From Candidatus Thorarchaeota archaeon (lineage in GTDB: Archaea > Asgardarchaeota > Thorarchaeia > Thorarchaeales > Thorarchaeaceae): 10,939 bases of DNA. Location of the stretch: assembly GCA_016839445.1 (NCBI GenBank), contig JAEOUG010000047.1, forward strand, positions 1 to 10,939. The letters are read 5' to 3'. The position numbers were made by a program, and so were the translations under genes. Below the pieces are notes generated by a model. That model did not search any database. It saw only the letters and a list, made by a program, of their open reading frames with translations, and was not told the origin of the DNA. Shown here piece by piece: positions 1 through 7,365 of this stretch. Numbering within the stretch: position 1 is the first letter of the stretch; every line of letters starts with the position of its first letter.

Positions 1-363
1 CTTGATGATGAGGGAGCTGATATAGACTTCATCAGTGTAGGTTGCCCTCATGCTAGTATCAAAGAGATTGAGGAGATTGCGAAGATGCTTGAGGGTAAGC
101 AAGTGGTCAAGGGCAAGACGGTCTGGATAACCACGGCTAAGCCCACTAAGGATCTTGCGAAGATGATGGGATACTATGACACCATTGAGAGAGCAGGTGC
201 GTATCTGGTTGCAGATGCTTGTTGTGCAGTAGCACCGCTGAAGGGGAGGTTCAATGGACTGATGACAGACTCAGCAAAGGCCTGCTTCTATGCCAGAGGA
301 AAGAACAAGTTCAAGACGGAGATACGAACAGTGACAGAGTGCATTGAGGAGGCCATTACGTGA
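1..363 (+). CDS. Aconitase X catalytic (large) subunit, 3' part; probable phosphomevalonate dehydratase large subunit (5' truncated by window)
   Basis: Frame 1 is open from base 1: LDDEGADIDFISVGCPHASIKEI...DACCAVAP...TDSAKACFY. This contains the AcnX GCPH, D-x-C and T-x-S-x-K motifs. The gene is directly followed by a swivel-domain subunit. Confidence 0.88.
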   Translation, partial: LDDEGADIDFISVGCPHASIKEIEEIAKMLEGKQVVKGKTVWITTAKPTKDLAKMMGYYDTIERAGAYLVADACCAVAPLKGRFNGLMTDSAKACFYARGKNKFKTEIRTVTECIEEAIT

Positions 364-749
364 TGCAGGGCAGGAAGATATTCAAAGGGAGAGTATCCGG
401 AGAAGCGCTAGTTACAGGGGATGACATCTCCTTCTATGGCGGATGCGACCCCGAAACAGGTGAGATTGTGGAGAAGGATCACAATCTTGAGGGCAAGTCA
501 GTTGCTGGAAAAGTCCTGGTCTTTCCGAGTGGCAAGGGTTCAACGGTGGGCTCCTATGTCCTCTATGCCCTCAAGAAGGCGGGAAAAGCGCCTCTGGCCA
601 TCGTGAACCGTGTAATGGACCCTGTCGTCGCTGTAGGATGCATAATCTCCGAGATACCTGCAGTGGACCAGATTGAGATTGAGAAAATAGAAACAGGTCA
701 GATGGTGGAAGTCGACGCCGACAATGGCGTCGTTTCCATCATCGAGTAG
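363..749 (+). CDS. Aconitase X swivel-domain (small) subunit; probable phosphomevalonate dehydratase small subunit
   Basis: Contains ISFYGGCDPETG, GKVLVFPSGKGSTVGS and VVAVGCIISEIP (DUF126-type motifs). The ATG at 363 overlaps the upstream TGA (TGATG); GTG at 360 is an alternative start. SD GGAGG at 348-352. Confidence 0.88.
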   Translation: MQGRKIFKGRVSGEALVTGDDISFYGGCDPETGEIVEKDHNLEGKSVAGKVLVFPSGKGSTVGSYVLYALKKAGKAPLAIVNRVMDPVVAVGCIISEIPAVDQIEIEKIETGQMVEVDADNGVVSIIE

Positions 750-751
750 AA

Positions 752-1387
752 CTAGAATCGCTGGACCTGTGGCTCGAAGTCCTCTGGTGAGAAAGCAGGC
801 TCTGCTTCCTCTGGGAGGTCGCCTCGCTCTCTCAGTAGCTGTGCTGTTAGGAGGAAGTATACCAGGGCCAACGACTTCCGACCACGGTTGTTAGTCGGGA
901 TTACGAAATCGACGTTAGTAGTCACGTTGTCAGTGTCACACAACGCAACAACTGGAACACCAATCCGAGCGGCCTCTGAGAGGGCCTGCTGGTCTGTGCG
1001 CGGGTCTGTCAGAATCACAACATCGGGCTCTATGTACTGTCTAGGACCAGCAATGTTGGGATTTGTGAGTGTGCCTGGGACAAATCTGTCAGTGAATGCG
1101 TTCGCACCGACATAGTACGCGAATGTTTCAACAGGTCTTCGTCCATAGACACGACCTGACACTATGACGATCTTTGATGGATCGAATCGTGCTAGGAACT
1201 TCGCGGCAGTCCTGATTCTTTCATCGGTCTTCCGCACGTCTAGAACATAGAGACCAATCGGTCGTTGCCTGTAGACGAAGGGCTCCATGTCTTGTGTCTT
1301 CACTTGTGTGCCAATGTGACATCCTGCAGCCAGATACTTGTCCATAGGAGCCAAAAGGTCCAAGTCCGCAACTTCAATCTCGCTCAT
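752..1387 (-). CDS. rps2: 30S ribosomal protein uS2
   Basis: [27 protein letters not shown] and [11 protein letters not shown] are archaeal/eukaryotic uS2 motifs. Start moved to ATG 1387 (MSEIEV), 1 nt after the rpoN stop and with GGAGG upstream. The track's start at 1537 overlaps rpoN. Confidence 0.96.
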   Translation of the reverse strand: MSEIEVADLDLLAPMDKYLAAGCHIGTQVKTQDMEPFVYRQRPIGLYVLDVRKTDERIRTAAKFLARFDPSKIVIVSGRVYGRRPVETFAYYVGANAFTDRFVPGTLTNPNIAGPRQYIEPDVVILTDPRTDQQALSEAARIGVPVVALCDTDNVTTNVDFVIPTNNRGRKSLALVYFLLTAQLLRERGDLPEEAEPAFSPEDFEPQVQRF

Positions 1388-1388
1388 C

Positions 1389-1604
1389 TCATCTTGCCTC
1401 CATAGACTCCGAAGTGGAGAATGCCATGAAGCTGTCAATGATGTCGATGTGTGCCAGTAGCATCCGACGACAGCAGTATCTGTGCAGTCCAAGATTGTCA
1501 AGGACCACGGCAGGATCTTCTCCCTGTCGGACTTCACGCTTGAACTGCTCGAATTTGTCAGCGACGACCTTGCCGCAGGTGAAACACCTTACTGGAATTA
1601 TCAT
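1389..1604 (-). CDS. rpoN: DNA-directed RNA polymerase subunit N (Rpo10)
   Basis: [12 protein letters not shown]...RYCCRRM signature of the RPB10/Rpo10 family. Confidence 0.98.
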   Translation of the reverse strand: MIIPVRCFTCGKVVADKFEQFKREVRQGEDPAVVLDNLGLHRYCCRRMLLAHIDIIDSFMAFSTSESMEAR

Positions 1605-1616
1605 CTCTCTATACCC

Positions 1617-2015
1617 TCACCTGTACGATTTCTGATATTTAGACCGTGCTGATGGACCGCCAAACTTCTTTGGTTCTGTTCTTCGTGGGTCGCCAACTAG
1701 CATGGTTCTGTCATGTTCAATCATCTTTGAACGAGCCTCGAAATCCTGGCTCATTCGTATGAGTCCTGTAGCTAAGGCCATCCTTACCGCGTCGGCCTGA
1801 CTCATGTAGCCTCCACCCTTCACTCGCACCTTGATGTCGTACTTCTTCCAGTTCGATCCAAAGAGAATCAGGGGCTCCATGATTCTCATCCGAGCGATAT
1901 CAGGTTGGTAGACTTCAAGAGGGGTTCCGTTGATTCTCAGGCGCCCGGCCCCGTTCTTCACTGTGGCCTTCGCCAGACTTGTCTTCCTCTTGCCTGTGGT
2001 TACAACAACTCTCAT
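1617..2015 (-). CDS. rps9: 30S ribosomal protein uS9
   Basis: GKRKT, VKGGG..SQADA and DPRRTEPKKFGGPSARSKYQKSYR motifs. Confidence 0.98.
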   Translation of the reverse strand: MRVVVTTGKRKTSLAKATVKNGAGRLRINGTPLEVYQPDIARMRIMEPLILFGSNWKKYDIKVRVKGGGYMSQADAVRMALATGLIRMSQDFEARSKMIEHDRTMLVGDPRRTEPKKFGGPSARSKYQKSYR

Positions 2016-2016
2016 C

Positions 2017-2469
2017 TCAAACTACCTCCGGGCTCCGCCAGCCGAGCTCGTGGCTCAAGTCACCAACTGTGATGTGCTTTCGCTTCAAACTCTTGAATCG
2101 GGAACCTTCTAGAACAATCTTGTCCGTTTCTGTGAACTTCTCAGGAACTCCCATGTACACTTTGATCCGTTTGTATGCCTCCTTCCCGCGGGGAGTTGGC
2201 CAAGGTAGCATGCCTCGGATCATCTTCCGGACCATCTTGTCTGGACGACGCTCGTGGAACGGGCCTCTCTTTGGATTGTATGAGGTCCGGATGTTGAACT
2301 TCTCTTTGAAGGCCTCAATTACAGTCCTTCGGTCTCCGGTGATAACTGCCTTCTCGGCGTTCACAATGACAATCTGGTCTCCCAAGAGCGCAGCCTTGGC
2401 AGCCTTGGCTCCTAGCCTTCCCACTACCATGCTCTCAGCATCATAGACCTTGACGTGTTCTGTACTCAT
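2017..2469 (-). CDS. rpl13: 50S ribosomal protein uL13
   Basis: DA...VGRL, IVNAEKAVITG, GPFHERRP and IRGMLP motifs. ATG 2469 preferred because GGTGA lies 5 nt upstream. Confidence 0.96.
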   Translation of the reverse strand: MSTEHVKVYDAESMVVGRLGAKAAKAALLGDQIVIVNAEKAVITGDRRTVIEAFKEKFNIRTSYNPKRGPFHERRPDKMVRKMIRGMLPWPTPRGKEAYKRIKVYMGVPEKFTETDKIVLEGSRFKSLKRKHITVGDLSHELGWRSPEVV

Positions 2470-2478
2470 CTCAATCAC

Positions 2479-2850
2479 CTAAACAACAATGCTGATGCCC
2501 TTGCCCTTCGGGACCTTTGTCATCAACTCATCTATCGAAATCAACGAGCCACCAGCCCCAACTATCGCGGATCTGGCCGTTGCTGATGCATTCAATGCGG
2601 CAACAGTAACCTTGTGTGGCATCGTGCCCGATCCCAAGACCTTCCCGGGGACAACGATGATGTCGCCAGCTTTGGTGTATCTTCCGATTTTTCCAACATT
2701 CACTGCGGCGCGTTGCCGTGCAGGACGGGCAAGCAGTTCTGCAACTCGTTTCCAGATTCCCGCATCGTGTTTTGCAGATGTCTTGCGTAGTGCGTTAATC
2801 AACGCTCGAGTATTGGGGTCAGAAGGTCCTGACCTGACTGATCTCTCCAT
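2479..2850 (-). CDS. rpl18e: 50S ribosomal protein eL18
   Basis: IWKRVA..L.RP.R.RA.VNVGKI and VVPGKVLGSG motifs; canonical position between rpoD and rpl13. Confidence 0.97.
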   Translation of the reverse strand: MERSVRSGPSDPNTRALINALRKTSAKHDAGIWKRVAELLARPARQRAAVNVGKIGRYTKAGDIIVVPGKVLGSGTMPHKVTVAALNASATARSAIVGAGGSLISIDELMTKVPKGKGISIVV

Positions 2851-2860
2851 TTCTCATACC

Positions 2861-3661
2861 TCATAGGGAGTTAGCGTAATCTAAGGCTAGCCGGATTCGC
2901 TCCTTCAGAAGCTCGGCGGACTTCTCAACGATTGTTTCGGGAGCAAGTGCACCGCTAGACTCGACTCTGAACAGGAAGCTGTCACTTTTCGAGTCTATGA
3001 CAATCGCTCCGGGCTCACAGACCTCGACGCATGCCTCGCAAAGGCTGCAGTCGAGAGTGTTCTGAGTTGATATCGTATCATTCTCAACGAGCAGGATGTT
3101 TTTGGGACAGACCTCCACACAGTCTCCACAGTTGTTGCACTTGTCCTTGTCAACCTGAACTATGGGTACATACTTGTAGGATACTGTCGATACCGGCTGA
3201 AACTTGGCGTTCTCTACGCCTTTGCCAAGACGGGCATATGCCTCAATAATCAGTCTCTGATGTGGGGCGAGTTTTACGAGGGGTATGTCGTTGGAGGCAG
3301 GAACCACCTTTGGATCCTGTGAAACCATGTCACCCGAACAGACCAAGAGCTCTTCTTCCTCGGCCTCTTTCTCAAGAGTGAGTGTGACTTGGCAGAGTGC
3401 GCATCCCCTTCCGTCGCAGTCGCAGTCTTCTGGCAGATTGTAGCTCTCCAAGTCAGTGACTAGAGGAACAAGCCCTAGTCGGTGTGCGAGCATCTCATCG
3501 TACATTACGCTTGTGTTCTCGACGACGAGAACCTCATCTACTGCCATGGCAGGCAGACGAGTGAGCATAGTCCTCCTAAGCGCGTTAGCGAAGGCAACAT
3601 CAATACCCTCTGCTAGGAAGTGGATGACATTACCCTGCTTTCGTATAATCGTGATTTCCAT
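2861..3661 (-). CDS. rpoD: DNA-directed RNA polymerase subunit D (Rpo3) with ferredoxin-like 2x[4Fe-4S] insertion domain
   Basis: FANALRR, NTSVMYDEMLAHRLGLVP, CDCDGRGCALC and AKFQP motifs, plus CNNCGDCVEVCP and CSLCEACVEVC. ATG 3661 is preceded by SD GGTGAG. Confidence 0.97.
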   Translation of the reverse strand: MEITIIRKQGNVIHFLAEGIDVAFANALRRTMLTRLPAMAVDEVLVVENTSVMYDEMLAHRLGLVPLVTDLESYNLPEDCDCDGRGCALCQVTLTLEKEAEEEELLVCSGDMVSQDPKVVPASNDIPLVKLAPHQRLIIEAYARLGKGVENAKFQPVSTVSYKYVPIVQVDKDKCNNCGDCVEVCPKNILLVENDTISTQNTLDCSLCEACVEVCEPGAIVIDSKSDSFLFRVESSGALAPETIVEKSAELLKERIRLALDYANSL

Positions 3662-3792
3662 TAACTCACCTGACCGTGGAGTTTGTGTCCAATCCAAGAA
3701 GACTTGTTCTTGCCGGATGGACTCGCCATCATCTAGTAGCTAGCGATGGCTCATTCGCCCATGCCTTGGGCTCGATGGTCTGACGGATGTCT

Positions 3793-3802
3793 GCATAAAA
3801 GG
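3793..3802 (-). promoter_or_regulatory. Putative TATA box for the rpoD operon
   Basis: CCTTTTATGC on the minus strand is the main AT-rich element between the GTPase stop and rpoD. It implies a leader of about 110 nt. Confidence 0.45.
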
Positions 3803-3844
3803 CTTGTCCTGTAGCCGATGAGGCTCGCTTCCGCGGGCTGTTTT

Positions 3845-4342
3845 CTAGGAGGCAATTTGGACCATATCACGAATTCCGTTCACAATGAGCTTGTATCCAT
3901 TCAGTCGCTCCTTTGGGTCCACTGCGACCATACCGTAGGTAGGTACACCAAGGAGATCTTGTACAGACTCCGGCCTCATTGAGCCAGGGATGTCTTGCTT
4001 GTTGGCAACCGCAATGACCTTGACGCCTTGAAGCTCGGTCTTGTATTTCTCCAGAATTTGCCGTGTCTTGAGAACTGCCTTTGGGTTGCTCTCCGTGACA
4101 ACGACCACCATTTGACTCCCCCTCATGAAATCCGGCCAGAGAAACTCGAAGTGTGCCTGACCGCCCATCTCGATGAGTGAAACCTTTGTGTTCGCATCAA
4201 TCGTGAGCGTACCGCAGTTCATACCTGCTGTAGGCTGGTAGTTGCATTCCAGCTTCTTCACTCCATCCGTGAGGAGCTTGATCAGGGTGGTCTTTCCGGC
4301 GTACCCCGAACCCATCAATGCAACCTTCACATATTCTGTCAT
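3845..4342 (-). CDS. Ras-superfamily small GTPase, Arf/MglA-like (Asgard-type)
   Basis: G1 GSGYAGKT; G2 YQPTAG; G3 EMGGQ; FEFLW; G4 ANKQD. About 165 aa from ATG 4342, single domain, with no N-terminal myristoylation Gly and no CAAX. Confidence 0.9.
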   Translation of the reverse strand: MTEYVKVALMGSGYAGKTTLIKLLTDGVKKLECNYQPTAGMNCGTLTIDANTKVSLIEMGGQAHFEFLWPDFMRGSQMVVVVTESNPKAVLKTRQILEKYKTELQGVKVIAVANKQDIPGSMRPESVQDLLGVPTYGMVAVDPKERLNGYKLIVNGIRDMVQIAS

Positions 4343-4536
4343 GAGAGGCGCCATCCAAGTAGTGATTCCTTCACACAACGTATAGGTTGTAGTATTTCCG
4401 TGGTAACACTCACTGGATAACGGCGGCCCAGAGAGGAGCTACTTAAGGATGGTGAATTGTGACAGCTGATAATGGCAATCGGCGCGACAGAAGAGCTTAA
4501 CAATGCGATGAGCGTCGCAAGGCTGGAGCTGATAGA

Positions 4537-5529
4537 TTGTCCTGCCATGGGCCCAGTATCACAATTGTGTCAGAAGGAGCCCTAGAAGAACTGCGGACAA
4601 TCATGAAGGACTACGCTCGTCCACTCTGTGTGAGTGACGAAGTGATTAAGTCTGAGTATGGTGATCTCCTAGAATCCCTGACTGGTAGCTCATGTGAGTG
4701 GACTATGGCGACATCGTACAGTAATTCTGAGCCAGTGGGTGTCCAGAACATAGACATCGTCATAGGGTTCGGAGGGGGAACCAGCCTCGATGTGGCCAAG
4801 CTGATTGCCAGGAAGACTGGAATAGATTGGATTTCCATTCCCACTGCCGCATCACACGATGGCATCGCGAGTGAAGTGGCCTCGGTCAGTCACAATGGGT
4901 ACAGATATTCTGAGAAGTGCAAGGGGCCACTAGCAGTCATAGCAGACACTCGAATCATCTCGAAAGCTCCGGAGCTGCTGAAGCTAGCTGGTTTTGGGGA
5001 CATCATCTGCAAGACATCAAGCCTTGCCGAGTGGAAACTCGCCCACGAAGAGCATGGAGAACCATTTGACGAGGATGTATACGCCATTGTTGAAGAAGCT
5101 TTGAACTCGGTATTGGAGTCAGATGATTTGGAGACCCTCATCAGAGCAGAGATCGAAGCAGGTCGTGCCATGAGCATCTTCGGTAGCTCAAGGCCATGCT
5201 CAGGGACAGAGCACGCGATATCACATGCGATGGACAGGAGCACAAGTAGCCTTCACGGACTCCAAGTGGCCTTTGCAACGCCTCTCTGCCTCAGCTTTCT
5301 CGATGATGCTGGATATGCTCGGCACTCAACCGCGGCTATCCAGGAGTTCATGAGGGAGAAAGGAATACCGACAACTCTAGCGAAGATGAATACAACCAAG
5401 TCAACCTTCCTGGAGGACATTGACCACGCGGTGAAGATCATGGACAAGAGAGACCGGTACTCGGTACTGAAGCATTTGAGTATCGGACGGGCTGAACTCT
5501 CATCCCGAATAAGGGAGCTAGGATACTAG
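4537..5529 (+). CDS. egsA: sn-glycerol-1-phosphate dehydrogenase [NAD(P)+]
   Basis: GFGGGTSLDVAK, PTAASHDGIAS, AGFGD, SSRPCSGTEHAISHA and LHGLQV motifs. TTG start with GGAG upstream. Confidence 0.93.
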   Translation: MSCHGPSITIVSEGALEELRTIMKDYARPLCVSDEVIKSEYGDLLESLTGSSCEWTMATSYSNSEPVGVQNIDIVIGFGGGTSLDVAKLIARKTGIDWISIPTAASHDGIASEVASVSHNGYRYSEKCKGPLAVIADTRIISKAPELLKLAGFGDIICKTSSLAEWKLAHEEHGEPFDEDVYAIVEEALNSVLESDDLETLIRAEIEAGRAMSIFGSSRPCSGTEHAISHAMDRSTSSLHGLQVAFATPLCLSFLDDAGYARHSTAAIQEFMREKGIPTTLAKMNTTKSTFLEDIDHAVKIMDKRDRYSVLKHLSIGRAELSSRIRELGY

Positions 5530-5568
5530 TCCATGCAGAACGCAGGGCTTCAGCGAACGCTTCGACAG

Positions 5569-5576
5569 TTTTAAAA
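5569..5576 (+). promoter_or_regulatory. Putative TATA box of rpl7ae operon
   Basis: TTTTAAAA about 25 nt upstream of a structured leader that begins near 5600. Confidence 0.6.
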
Positions 5577-5628
5577 GAAACTAGACAGTCGGCGCAAGAG
5601 AGCCCGGCCCAATGAGGGGCGGGCAGTA

Positions 5629-5654
5629 TACCGATGAAGAACTGAACTGAGGTA
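5629..5654 (+). promoter_or_regulatory. Kink-turn in rpl7ae 5' UTR (L7Ae autoregulatory element)
   Basis: UACC-GAU-GA-AG-(AACUGAA)-CU-GA-GGUA gives a 4-bp C-stem, a 3-nt bulge, tandem G.A/A.G pairs and an NC stem. The SD GAGGU (5649-5653) lies inside it. Confidence 0.8.
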
Positions 5655-5661
5655 CACTAGA

Positions 5662-6033
5662 ATGCCTAAGCCAAGTTTTGTAGAATGGGAGCCAACTGAG
5701 GAGCTCCAGAAGAAGGCCCTTGAGGCCTTAGAGATTGCGAAAGACACTGGAAGGATAAAGAAAGGTATCAACGAAGTCACTAAGAGCATCGAGCGAGGAA
5801 TAGCTCGCCTTGTCCTTATTGCAGAGGATGTTGAACCCCAAGAGATCATAATGTACATTCCAGGCCTGTGTGACGACAAGAAAGCGTCATACATTTTCAT
5901 CAACAGCAAGGATGACCTAGGAAGAGCTGCAGGTATCGAGAGACCTACTGCTGCTGTCGCGATCATCGTTGATGGCAAGTCAAAGGAAATCGTCGACGAC
6001 GTTGTCGAGAAGATCAACGGTCTCCGCAAGTAG
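5662..6033 (+). CDS. rpl7ae: 50S ribosomal protein L7Ae (eL8)
   Basis: GRIKKGINEVTKSIERG.A.LV.IAEDVEP and LGRAAGI motifs. Confidence 0.98.
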   Translation: MPKPSFVEWEPTEELQKKALEALEIAKDTGRIKKGINEVTKSIERGIARLVLIAEDVEPQEIIMYIPGLCDDKKASYIFINSKDDLGRAAGIERPTAAVAIIVDGKSKEIVDDVVEKINGLRK

Positions 6034-6049
6034 AACTGGGTGACCTTAG

Positions 6050-6274
6050 ATGAGCAAGGAAGAAGAAGCAACGCCTGCAATTCCAGCAGAGGTAATCCAG
6101 CTCTTGGCAAGAACAGGAGTCACTGGCGAGATTACACAGGTCAGAGTTAAGATTCTGGATGGCAGAGATAAGGGTCGCGTCCTGACCAGGAATGTCAAGG
6201 GGCCAATTAGGCAGGGAGACATTCTCATCCTTCGTGAAACCGAGCGAGAAGCCAGAAGAATGAGGAGGCGCTAG
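6050..6274 (+). CDS. rps28e: 30S ribosomal protein eS28
   Basis: [11 protein letters not shown] and [24 protein letters not shown] motifs; SD GGTGA. Confidence 0.98.
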   Translation: MSKEEEATPAIPAEVIQLLARTGVTGEITQVRVKILDGRDKGRVLTRNVKGPIRQGDILILRETEREARRMRRR

Positions 6275-6278
6275 CCTA

Positions 6279-6479
6279 ATGGTGGGTACTCAGAAATGCT
6301 CCTTCTGTGGCAAGGACATCGAGCCCGGAACTGGGTCGGCGTATGTTCAGACGAAGGACGGGTCTGTCTTTTGGTTCTGCTCGAACAAATGCAAGGCCAA
6401 CAGAGTCAAGCGCCGCATGAAGCCTCGTGATACCAAGTGGACTGCAGATTATCAGAAGGGCGGCAAGGCAGCCCGATGA
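6279..6479 (+). CDS. rpl24e: 50S ribosomal protein eL24
   Basis: CSFCGKDIEPGTG...FCSNKC...PR..KWT, the TRASH zinc motif. Confidence 0.97.
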   Translation: MVGTQKCSFCGKDIEPGTGSAYVQTKDGSVFWFCSNKCKANRVKRRMKPRDTKWTADYQKGGKAAR

Positions 6480-6504
6480 TAGTTCTAAAAGCCACGTGAA
6501 GAGG

Positions 6505-6533
6505 AACCGGAGTGGGATGCCCCACTCTCGGTT
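6505..6533. terminator. Hairpin between convergent rpl24e and ndk (possible bidirectional terminator)
   Basis: AACCG-GAGTGGG-ATGC-CCCACTC-T-CGGTT inverted repeat in the 61-bp convergent gap. Confidence 0.55.
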
Positions 6534-6540
6534 TCATCTG

Positions 6541-7200
6541 CTATTTCTCAGCCTCTTCCTCAATGAAGGAAAAGACTGCCTTTGCCAGTGCATCAGTATC
6601 CAATGCGCTAATCCCTTGAGAGTCCCTTGAGAAGAGGTCCTTCAGCAAACCGAGGACCGCATTGGATGTATCCTTCTCTTCAATCGCCCTCTTCACCACA
6701 TCGCGGATTTGCATGGTGTAGTCTGCAGTGCCCTTGCTGTACTTCTCGATGTACGCGCTTGCCCGCTCCTCTGCACTCGGTTCGATCTTGAGGCCTCCCT
6801 TCGTTGTCCAAAGCTGTATCTCCTTCTCGGCGGTCTCTGGTGCATCAGAAGCATGAGCGATGTTGACGCCAGCCCAAATACCGTATCTACCTCTCAAGGA
6901 GTCAGAGGAGGCCTTCTGTACAAAAGTAGCTCCCAGCTCATCTCTGACTCCCTGAATTACGTCCTGTCCCTCCAGGATCATGGCTAGAACAGGAGCCGAT
7001 GAGATGAACTCCACAAGCCATGGGAAGAATGGCTTTTCTTTGTGTACTGCATAGTGCAGTTCAGCCAATGGCTCTGGCACCTTCATCTCCTGAAACGCAG
7101 AGACAGTGTATCCTCTATCGAGAAGTGCCCTGAGAACAAGCGCACTGATTCGTCGGCGCGCTGTTCCATCAGGCTTGATTATGACCAACGACTGTTCCAA
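6541..7200 (-). CDS. ndk: Nucleoside diphosphate kinase with ~85-aa C-terminal extension
   Basis: IIKPDG, HYAVHKEKPFF, R..LGAT, SLRG and NIAHASD (catalytic His) motifs. TTG start with SD GGTGA 6 nt upstream. Confidence 0.93.
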   Translation of the reverse strand: MEQSLVIIKPDGTARRRISALVLRALLDRGYTVSAFQEMKVPEPLAELHYAVHKEKPFFPWLVEFISSAPVLAMILEGQDVIQGVRDELGATFVQKASSDSLRGRYGIWAGVNIAHASDAPETAEKEIQLWTTKGGLKIEPSAEERASAYIEKYSKGTADYTMQIRDVVKRAIEEKDTSNAVLGLLKDLFSRDSQGISALDTDALAKAVFSFIEEEAEK

Positions 7201-7260
7201 ATTGAATCACCTGAGATCTAGAAACCTGCCTTCACTCTGAGGTCCGCCCTTCAAATGCAC

Positions 7261-7268
7261 ATATAATA
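7261..7268. promoter_or_regulatory. Putative (bi)directional TATA element between ndk and infB
   Basis: ATATAATA reads as TATA-like on both strands within the divergent gap. Confidence 0.45.
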
Positions 7269-7365
7269 CATTTCATGCGTCGGAACACTCCGAGGGGGGA
7301 CCAGAGCGACACTTTCATAACCGTTGCACTTGGACCAACAGTCAATTCCTTGTTGGGTGCGACCA

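Noticed and set aside
1388-1537. N-terminal extension of uS2 given by the track (likewise the longer starts for rpoD, GTPase and infB)
   Set aside because: The uS2 extension overlaps rpoN. Downstream ATGs match family lengths and, for rps2, rpoD and infB, have clear SD sites.
4339-4548. 69-aa minus-strand ORF in the GTPase-egsA gap
   Set aside because: It is Ser-rich and low-complexity, overlaps the egsA start and spans the presumed divergent promoters, with no motif support.
6477-6540. SECIS-directed read-through of the rpl24e TGA
   Set aside because: The TGA is immediately followed by TAG, eL24 is already complete, and the hairpin lacks a convincing GAA/A or AUGA/GA core. A terminator role is simpler.
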